64,000 bases of DNA from Octopus vulgaris (Eukaryota): assembly GCA_951406725.2 (NCBI GenBank), contig OX597814.1, forward strand, positions 57,598,001 to 57,662,000, in the 5' to 3' direction. Numbering within the stretch: position 1 is the first letter of the stretch; every line of letters starts with the position of its first letter. The notes beneath the pieces were generated by a model that worked only from the letters and a program-made list of their open reading frames with translations, was not told the DNA's origin and searched no databases. A program made the translations under genes and the position numbers. Below are positions 53,936-64,000 of this stretch, piece after piece.

Positions 53936-54380
53936 GGAAGAGTGTGGAAACTTCATCAACATTTTTATAGATACTTTCGCGTGTATGGAAGACATGAATT
54001 TCAGTTGGTCGGAGAAAAGTCTATGAAAGGATTTTGCTTTAAATATCTAATTACTGGTAGAAGCCATTTAACATTTCTTATGGTGATTGAGTTTTGAAAG
54101 AAGAAACACATTTAATACAGTCCTTCGACCATAATACTAAGTCTAAAACGAAAATAATATTTCACCACACACACAAATACACGCTCACATACTCACACAC
54201 ACACTCGCGCAAACACATGCACATGCACACACACGAACACACACACACGTATATATATATAAATATATATATATATACATAGACACACATACATACACTC
54301 ATCCATCCATTAACATGTGTATGCATCAACACAATATATAAACACATACACACTCACACACACATACACACACATACATA

Positions 54381-54722
54381 GTGAGTGACCCCCTTCGGTC
54401 AGACACTGACCATGGGTTTGCACCTAGAGAGTTACTCTCTGAGGCACAAGTCTGGGCAAGGTTGTTTCATGGAAGACCAGCAGTCGCCCATGCATACCGG
54501 CCTCCCCTCTCCACGTCACCGATGTTGTCCAAGGGAAAGGCAAGGGCCGATACAGCTTGGCACCTGTGACGTCGCAACTCATTTCTACAGCTGAGTGAAA
54601 TGGAGCAACGTGAAATATAGTGTCTTGCTCAAGAACACAACACGCAGCCCGGTCCGGGATTCGAGCTTACAACCTCACGATCGTAAGCTCGACGCTCTAA
54701 CCACTGATCCACGAGCCTTCAC
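54381..54722 (-). mobile_element. SINE with the family-2 head and CORE but a different 3' body
   Basis: minus strand gaaggctcgtggatcagtggttagagcg...tcgaatcccgg...gttcttgagcaagacactatatttcacgttgctcc; the downstream part differs from 52750-52858. Confidence 0.8.
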
Positions 54723-54726
54723 ACAT

Positions 54727-54859
<133 letters not shown>

Positions 54860-54885
54860 TGGTTGTGTGTGTGTATGTACAATAT

Positions 54886-55368
54886 AAATAAGGTTATTTA
54901 AGAGATATCCCCATGCTTGAAATAGCAGTCAAAACCTTACTCTAAAAACCACATCAAGTATTCAATACAGCACAATGTGAAAAGGCAAACAGACAAATAA
55001 AACCAGTAAAACTTGGACAATTTCAGACCCTGGGTTTCTGGCACACGATGTCTGGATGGACAACTGAACTGGTCTCTGTATATACGTGCATATATAAGTA
55101 TATACATGTGCGTTTATGTGAGTATTCGTATGTTTATGCGTAAATATATGTAATTATGTACAATTAATGGTATATTTCATTGACAACGACAAAGTATGCC
55201 TATATACAGAGCTAGAAACTGAAGGTCTGAAATTATCTAATTTTTACTGGTTTTATTTGTCTATTTGTCTTTTTACCTTGTGCTATATTGAGTACTTGAT
55301 GTAATTTTAGAGTCACGTTTTCAATGCTATTTCAAGCATGGTGATATCTCTTAGATACCCTTATTTAT
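54886..55368. repeat. fold-back element with about 155-bp arms and a hammerhead-like relic
   Basis: aagagatatc.ccatgcttgaaatagca...aatttcagacc versus ggtctgaaatt...tgctatttcaagcatggtgatatctctt. Confidence 0.85.
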
Positions 55369-55448
55369 GATTTTAATAATTATTATAACCTATAAGGTTT
55401 TTTCTTTCCTTGCTACCACTTGATTTGATCGCTATTTGATCTTATCCC

Positions 55449-55522
<74 letters not shown>

Positions 55523-55793
55523 GATATACTTACACATATGTACATATACATGTACACAAATATATACGTATGTATAAAACAAAGCCGTCACTTGCAAGTG
55601 AATATGACTTGTCAAAATGTACCATGCTTTCGTTAATAGTTTAAGGTGCCTATGTAGTCGCGAATACATATAGACACATTTTCACCCTTCTCATCCATCA
55701 TCGAATAGAACAACTGGTATGCAATACCTGCAGAAAGTGAAGATTTCACTAGCAGAAAGCTGGTGCGGTTTTTCAACCGAGATGATTGTAGCT

Positions 55794-56030
55794 ACAGTAA
55801 CCATTCACCATATCGTGGTTCACCTATTGCACCCTCAGTACATCGCGGATTTTCCTGGCTTATATATGTAAATTTATATCGTGGACTTCTCAGTATATCG
55901 CGGTTCTCCGCAGCCGAAAGGTATTTATATTTTTTTAGATTTTAATTATTTCTGTGGTAAAATAAGCATTTTCACGCCTAAAAATTAATAAATAAATAAA
56001 AATACAGTACAGTTCTGCACTGTATAACAC
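55794..56030 (+). mobile_element. Tigger/pogo-like MITE left end
   Basis: TA followed by cagtaaccattcaccatatcgtggttcac, with repeated atcgcgg subterminal motifs. Confidence 0.5.
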
Positions 56031-58683
56031 ATTAATTAAAATATATTAAAAGAAAATACGTAGCGTACCGTATTTGAACGCAGAACGTAACGAGTCAGAA
56101 GAAATGCCGAGGCGATAACGGATCGTTAGCTCGCCGCCTTGACAGGAGACATGATAATACTGTGGTAATATACAAGCAAAAGCCATGGTTTTTAAATCTA
56201 GAATAAAACTAGTAATTGTCTGGTTTATATTTTATTGATCTTATGATAATGAAAGGCGAAGTAGAGTGTAGTGCCATTTAAAATGTGAATGTAAAGAAAC
56301 ATAATTAAATACGATAAACTATTTGATCGTATACTATATTGTTTTAGCCACTCCATCACACAATATATACATTAATAATATATTATGATACACAAAATAC
56401 AATACGTAAACATTATTGCTAGCGAACGAAGGAACTTCCAACTATTTTCCATGACCTACTAAACATAGCAGCAATATCTTGCTACCTTCATGAAATCGAG
56501 AAGGGCCCATTGGATAAGATGACTGTGGCCTAAACAACATCACCATCATCATTGTCGTAGATGACATCTTCCTCTTCATCGTCATTGTTGTCGTCGTCAT
56601 CGTTATCATCATCATCAACAAAATATTACAAAAGCAAGTTTACACCAAATTACAAACGATGATGTATTCATTGAAGTTGACTATGCGACAGGTGACAAAT
56701 CCATCTTTATTGCTTATTTGAAAATAAATTTTATCTACCTTCCAAAGACATTAAGGATAATTCAGGACAATCAGACGAAGTTGGTGGCGAGAAATAAAGA
56801 AATAAATGTTTTTATCTATTTTAAGTATTGTGTTTTTTACTGTAGTGCAGGTATGGGAAAGCTTCGGTCATATTAAAATACAAAACTGCTCGGGGAAGTT
56901 CTATGAAAAAATCATCATATTAAAAGGAAAAAGACGAAAAAAGCATTTAGAATAAATTGCATTAAAAAACTCCACAAGTACATTTCAAACATTACTATTA
57001 TATAGGTTAATAAATGCATGAGAATATCTTGATTAATTGTTGATTGGTGCGATCACATGCATATCTATGACTTTCGAATTAAAGAGTCATTATCCTTGTA
57101 TACAGCTGTTTCATAAGCTATTTTGTGTTCTTTGCAATTTCCAATCTTAGTACAAAAACAAACGAAAACGCTCGTAATCTCTACTCCGGAGGAAAACTAG
57201 AGCTATATCGTTTCCTTTAATCTTTTCACTACGGAAAGCAAATAAATCCTCTCAAAATTTCACCACCCTTAACTGTGAAAAGCAGTTTTATATAACAAAC
57301 TATCATTTGTTGATGAGTGTCATACTTGGAACTATTTTCTGTTAAGATATGTCAGGTTTACTGAGGCAACGTAATACCAGTTCTATTTCTGGTCGATATT
57401 TAACATTCTCACTGGATTAAACATGAAATTTAATTTCGTAGTAATACCGTCACACTTTGAAATTTGCATAAGAACACATCAAGATATTTTGTAGCAGCTG
57501 CATTATTTTTCTTAGAAACTGAATATGAATCAAAATCTGTATATTATCTGTTGGGTGATCTGAGCAGAATTTGAACTTAGAACATAATGAAAATAATGTG
57601 TAGTAATAATATTTTGGAAAAGTTGTAGGAAATAATATTGTTTTGGAGAATATTTTCAAGGATTCTGATCTTGAAAGCAGCATATATACGATATATTTGT
57701 TTCGCGTCGAGGTTGCTAGTATGCTAGAGGTTAAAGGAGATATAACCCTGTCACACCGAGTTCTCGCTATAGTGGGAATAGGTTACCAGTCATCTATGCC
57801 TGATTCCCAGTAAAGTGGTAATTAGCAATATACGTAGGAAAAATGTAGCCCATTATGTCCATTAGTTTGCCTGCAATCGTTACTCTTGGGCTGTATAAGC
57901 AACATCTTATTTCTTTTACCCAGGAGTCAAGTGTGTACGGGGGTGGGGGTGGGGGTAATGTTAAACACAGGGACCCATGTTTGAGAAGGTTAAAAGTGGT
58001 GTACATCACAGCAAGAAAGGTCAATAATGCCAGAAAAAATGTGAAACTAATAATTGTGACACTCTAATTTACCCTACAACACTCACCACTGTCTATTTCA
58101 AAACCCATGTATTTTATGGAAAATTGAAAATAAGGAGCCATAACTTGGATGGTGTAAGCAAAGAAATTATAAGTGAAATGAAATAGCTTTCAGAGTAGAC
58201 GGAACAATTGCTGTTCCGTGCGACCACATGGAGATTCAATCTTCTCAACTACACAATCCTCCACTCACACACTTTTTACAGCAAAACGAAAACTCGTGCT
58301 CTCCACAGAATATTGAAAGCATTGCTTTAAAGTTTAATTTTAATACACTTACTTTACTTCAGAGAAATTTTGTGGCCTTTCATATCATCGTAAATCTAAA
58401 TATGAATGGCGTAACGATGTTATGAGTATTACAAAAGAAAGAAAAAAAAAGCTATTAAAGATAATATTTAGCGGGACACACGGTAAAAATGATATTATTA
58501 CTTCATTGCTCTCTTGTTTAGTAATATTTTTACGTAGATTATATTCATTCCTTTAATTTATCCCATATCTTTGAACCATTGATGTTTTTTATTGCATCCA
58601 ATAATGGGTTTTATATACATTTTTGTTGCTTCACGCACACACATACACACATAAAAACAACGCTCAGACTGACTGATATACAA

Positions 58684-58804
<121 letters not shown>

Positions 58805-59003
58805 CATACACATATTTATGTCTTTTCGTGTTTGTTCAAAGAACAATCTTTTCACAAATAGAATAAAGTGCTCAATATTTCAAAAAGATAGTATATCATA
58901 TTATTTTATTGGGCACTAGTTTACTGAGATAATTCTGTATTGACTGTTGCGGAGATGATCGCGTAGGATCGAAACTGAATTAGCTATGTAAACTAGTCGC
59001 CAC

Positions 59004-59051
<48 letters not shown>

Positions 59052-59191
59052 TTGTGTGTGTTTATGTGAATGACAAGCTTCTTTTAGTTTTCGTCTACCA
59101 AGCCTACTCACAAGGCTTTGGTAGTCCCAGGGCTATAGCAAAAGACACGATGCTGGGTAGCGAACTCCTTAGCCATGCAGGTTTACCTGCG

Positions 59192-59245
<54 letters not shown>

Positions 59246-59434
59246 GCTGCACACGTACACACACACACACACTCACACGTACGCACATTGGTTTTTGCTT
59301 ACAAGGTACTCAAGTAAATTTTCTGTTCTCAGATTGAAGGACTTAATCTCTTCCCTTCCTTTCTCTCTCACTCTTTCTTTCTCTCTCACTCTTTCTTTCT
59401 CTCTCACTCTTTCTTTCTCTCTCCTTTCTTTCCT

Positions 59435-59465
<31 letters not shown>

Positions 59466-60042
59466 ATCTCATTATTGACTCGTCTGACCGTTTGTATGAC
59501 TATATGTAAGTTTGTTTATCTGTGTACGTATATACGTAATAATGTGCATATATACATATAGTTTTTATTGACATTTAAGTCCTTCAAAGAACCCAAGGTT
59601 GTCACGAAGTGATAAAATCTTTTCGCTGAGTGAAAACAGCTCCAGGTATTTGTGAATAAGTGATTGAATCAGAGTCAGGTGAGCATACATATAGCTGTAT
59701 GAGAAGACATACTTGTTTCCCTCTAGTGAGTGTACATATCTCCTCAGTACACGAATATCATTTATGTGCATGCAAAACAGTTGGAAGTTCCTTCATTCCC
59801 TAGCAATAATGTTTACGTATTGTATTTTGTGTATCATAATATATTATTAATGTATATATACTTGCACGCGATTGGGTGTACATCATCATTCGAAGAAACA
59901 CAAATATATAAAATCTTGAATGCTTTACAAATTTTCTCTGTGTCACTAATAAAATGGCTTTTGAGGACGGGGGTCAGTTTGTTTTCTTATCTCTCGAAAA
60001 ACCTCTCCATTCTGAAGCTTTTATTATTTCATTACTAATCTG

Positions 60043-60098
<56 letters not shown>

Positions 60099-60219
60099 TA
60101 TTTGTATGTATGTATATATGTATGTATGTATATATGTATGTATGTATATATATGTAGCCCAGTAAACCTATGACAATAGATACAAATAAAAATCTATAAC
60201 CCGGATATAAATGTTATTA

Positions 60220-60745
60220 GTTCTTCATTAATTCATGATAGAACTTCTCTCTTGTCATAACTTTGGATGAATCATCACATCCACTTATTTGCTGACACAC
60301 AGCAGTGCATAATTTGTTCCGAGTCACATTGAAATTTATCAGGTCTGGTGTATTTGCGTCTGATTGCTGATGAAATTTTTGAAATGCTCCACCAATTTTA
60401 TTTTTAAAGCTGTAGTTACATTCTAGTTTTGATGTGTTTGGCATAACAATAATGTATTTTCCAATTATATTGTAAATTGTTTTGACAACAAAATGTCATG
60501 TATCATAGGAAGCTGTATATTACGATACCAACACATTCATTTTTATTTGTTGTTGTTTCTCCAATATTACTTCGTTGCAGATTATTCTGGGCACTACATC
60601 TTGCTACATTAAGGTACATTCTCTGATTGGCGACAATAATACTGTTAATGTACTTGGCTTTGGTTTTGTGGTTTTGCATAACCAGCATTTATTGCCGGCA
60701 GATGATTTGTCTGTATTTTGCGTTACATCTACTTGGTGGTGATTC
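60220..60745 (-). pseudogene. possible very degenerate Penelope-like GIY-YIG region
   Basis: KCWLCK upstream of MYLNVARC...SNIGETT and REKFY; weak motif order only. Confidence 0.3.
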
Positions 60746-61002
60746 ATTCTTCTTCTTCTTCTTCTTCTTCTTCTTCTTCTTCTTCTTCTTCTTCTCCTCC
60801 TCCTCCTCCTCCTTCTTCTTCTTCCCCTCCTCCTCCTTCTTCTTCCCCCCTCCTCCTTCCCCTCCTCCTTCTTCTTCTCCTTCTCCTTCTTCTCCTCCTT
60901 CTTCTTCTTCTTCTAGAGAGACAGAGAGAAAAGGCGGGTGAAAGACAGAGAGAGAGAGAGAGAATTTAGTGAAGTTCGTCTCTAGCTTAATATTTGAGAG
61001 CT

Positions 61003-61218
61003 AAGACACCGAGCTGGAAGAATCGCCAGCACGCCGGGCAAAATGACTTTTCCCAGCATTTTTTCCATCCTTACATTCTGAATTCAAATTCCGCCGATGT
61101 CGACTTTGCCAGTCATCCTTTTTGATAAAATAAGTACCATCTAAACACTGGACTCGATGTATTCGATTAGTCCCCACCCCCAAGTTTGCTGGCCTTGTGC
61201 CAAAATTTGAAACCAATA
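61003..61218 (+). mobile_element. SINE family 1 (tail C)
   Basis: gagctggaagaatcgccagcacgccgggc...aattcaaattccgccg...ggccttgtgccaaaatttgaaacc. Confidence 0.8.
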
Positions 61219-61638
61219 TTTGGCAACTATTTCTATTTTCTTCTGTTGATGTATTTTATCACTGTATCCGTGCAAGAAATTATTTTCTGTTTTAGAAGAC
61301 TATGTTATCTTTACAACTTGTCTTTGGTATGTTCTGGCCATTGATGTTTTGGAATGATCAGTTCTCCAGGCGGGTTGCTTTCGCTGCAAAGGCAGTATTA
61401 AATTTCGCCTAAGGTTGTCCATTGTCTAAAAGAGAGATTAGTTCGCAGGCTAAACGCAAGATACGAATCTACAGAAAAAGAAAAAGAAAAAAAGAAATGA
61501 TACAAGAGAAGGATAGAGTCAGAATTATAAAAATAGATAGATGTATAGAGATACAGTCAGGTATATAAAAAGAAGGATATATAGAGATAGATAGATTGAT
61601 TGATAGATATATATATAGAGAGAGTGAGATGTATAGGG

Positions 61639-61677
<39 letters not shown>

Positions 61678-62107
61678 AAGAAGTGTAAAACATATTTCAT
61701 GGAGATGAAAGAAACAAATTTGTAAAGTGGAGCTTTTTTCATTCTCGAGATTAGCTCCCCTTCTCATATGCAACTGGTCTCAGTTGCCATTTGATAATTG
61801 TGACAAATCCTCCCCTAGAAGTGGAGTTCAATTTATTAAATCAAGAATTTAAGTTGCATAGTATTTGATATGCCTGTGATTGTCTATGCTGCTCATACAC
61901 AACGTTGGCCACTATGAGATATTTCTCTTGGCTCAAACACACACAACCCTCCACAAATGCAGCTTTGGGAACCTACTGTTTCCCTACTTCTTACTACCAA
62001 CTTCTTGTCCAGTTTATCCTTCAACTTAGATTGCAGTTATGTCTGCATCATGCGTGCGTGTATGCGAATGTGTGTGTGTGTGATAGACAGAAAACTGTGT
62101 ATGTGAT

Positions 62108-62138
<31 letters not shown>

Positions 62139-64000
62139 GCAAGCATGTGTCATGTATTTTGTATTTACCGACAATGTAACTTTTATCATTTTTGCTATCC
62201 CTACCACTGCTTGTCAATTTCAATGTTCTATCAACTTTAACTTCTTATGCTTCTTCTCTCTGTATCGCTCTTTTATTCTCTCTTACACTTATCTCTCACT
62301 GTCTCTATACAATCTAAATCAGGTACGGAAAAAAATCTATCAACCAGCCAACATTTATATCACGTATTATATGGAGATGAAAACTTTTATATTTCGGAAT
62401 ATGGGGAATTTTTGATGAAGAAAAGACTATTTTTTTCATTAGGTTAACACAAACATTTTAACCTGGTTCTAGGGTAGCTTGAATTGAGTGAACAGATTAT
62501 TTCAGTCATTCTGGTCAGTTCTGCCGTTTGAAGACATTATTGAAAGCAAACTCGGAGGCTCTGTAAAGGCTGTTGGCTTACACCTACTTTTCAAACCATA
62601 AAAGACAACATATCTTTTTTTTATGAACACATAGTATGTCCAAATTGATATAAGAGTTAGGAAGCCAGTGGAGTGTTAGTAGCTTGTATCTTATATGCTT
62701 ATGGCCAAGGAACTCTGTTCCCCTCGAGTAGTAGGAACACCTCACTGATATCTACGGCAAAGTTAGCGTAGCGTTCACAGGAGATTGGTGAATTTGCAAT
62801 GCCAAGACTAAATAACTATTGAGTGATGGTCTTCAAGAAACTGACTTTCTCTTGATTATCATTTATTTAGTGCAATCCAAGTTCCTTGATTGAAAGTGAA
62901 AGGAAAATGTAAAGGAAAACGATCGAATTTGAGAGCAAAAGTGTAAGGCACAAAAAAAGATAAATATAATCCATTTATTTACTCCTTATTCAATAGTTGT
63001 AACAAATTTGGGTGCCACATCGTAAAACGTCGTCCTACCACGGATAGAACGAAGGTTGTCTTGTAGTCGGTTGGGCATCTTTATTGTGATTCTAATTTGA
63101 GAGATGATAAGGAGAGATTGAAGTGCCATTTGACGAGAGTATTCAGCAGGATTAGTGTAAGAATACACAGATGGAAGACATACTGCTTTCTCCTAACGTT
63201 TGATCTCTGGCCTGCACGTTATAGTTGTATTGAAGTGACGCTGACCAGAGCTATAAAACCCTATTCTCAGTAATCGGAAGCTCCATGAGATACAACAATA
63301 ATGACTAATTCAACTATCAATCAACATGTTTTGTTAACAGATCCTTTAGTAATAATTACCGTAACATATGGCCGTTTTAGTTTAACCTGCAGATAAGGAG
63401 CTTAACTGTACTAAAATTTAGTTACTAGTTTTCTCAAAATGGCACCATTAAATTTAGGAGCAAGATTAAGTCGTTTCGACAACCGACGGTCTTAGTAACA
63501 ACTTATCCAGCTTAATTAGATAAAGAGGATATTAATATTGATTTAAGATCAGTAATTCCAGCTGTTAAACATTGGAGATAAAACAACATAAAGTGTAAAT
63601 TGAACTGAACAGTAGAATATTGCTGTTCATATTATCTTTTCATATGGAAGTAGTCACTGTCCACTTCAAGTGTCCTGATTGACAATTTTAATTAGGTAAT
63701 ATAATGAAAAGTTCCCCGATGCTCTAAGGAAAATTCTGTTTTCTGACCGAAATTTGATAACATTTCCGCGATAGAATATTTGGCAAACAGTTTTGATTCA
63801 GTGGAATGTAGTTAATAATTCATATCACGATCGAACGATCTAGGAATAACCAATGGCTTCTAAACTACAATAATCATATCATCACTTAATCTAGAATTAT
63901 TCATCTTCAAAACCAGCAGAGTAATTGATGGTCGATCGACAAAGCATTGACTTTTCAGTTAAACGGACTACATCGTGTTCCTGATCAAGATACAAGCTGA

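Overview
AT-rich, microsatellite-dense eukaryotic intronic or intergenic DNA. The repeat repertoire (three tRNA-headed SINE families, long TA/CA/TAA/GATA/TACA runs) resembles an Octopus (cephalopod) genome; this assignment is inference. No host gene is securely identified, only two candidate minus-strand splice units (8542-8604 and 32119-32198). The one long real ORF is a 5'-truncated but uninterrupted R4/Dong-type non-LTR retrotransposon (RT, zinc knuckle, restriction-like endonuclease). It lies in a roughly 5-kb (TAA)n-rich cluster (25.1-30.2 kb) that holds several different elements. The rest is decayed Tc1/mariner (DD34D, DD37D, DD41D, Tc1, Tigger), Penelope-like and RTE fragments, a non-autonomous Helitron, many SINEs and several fold-back elements. 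Highlights are relic type I hammerhead ribozyme motifs inside fold-back elements, a SINE-guided copy of local unique DNA inside a mariner, a triple nested SINE, a palindromic DD41D element built from two 3' ends, an unclassified 550-bp TAA-embedded element, and a possible recursive splice site. Most ORFs in the supplied track are microsatellite artefacts.
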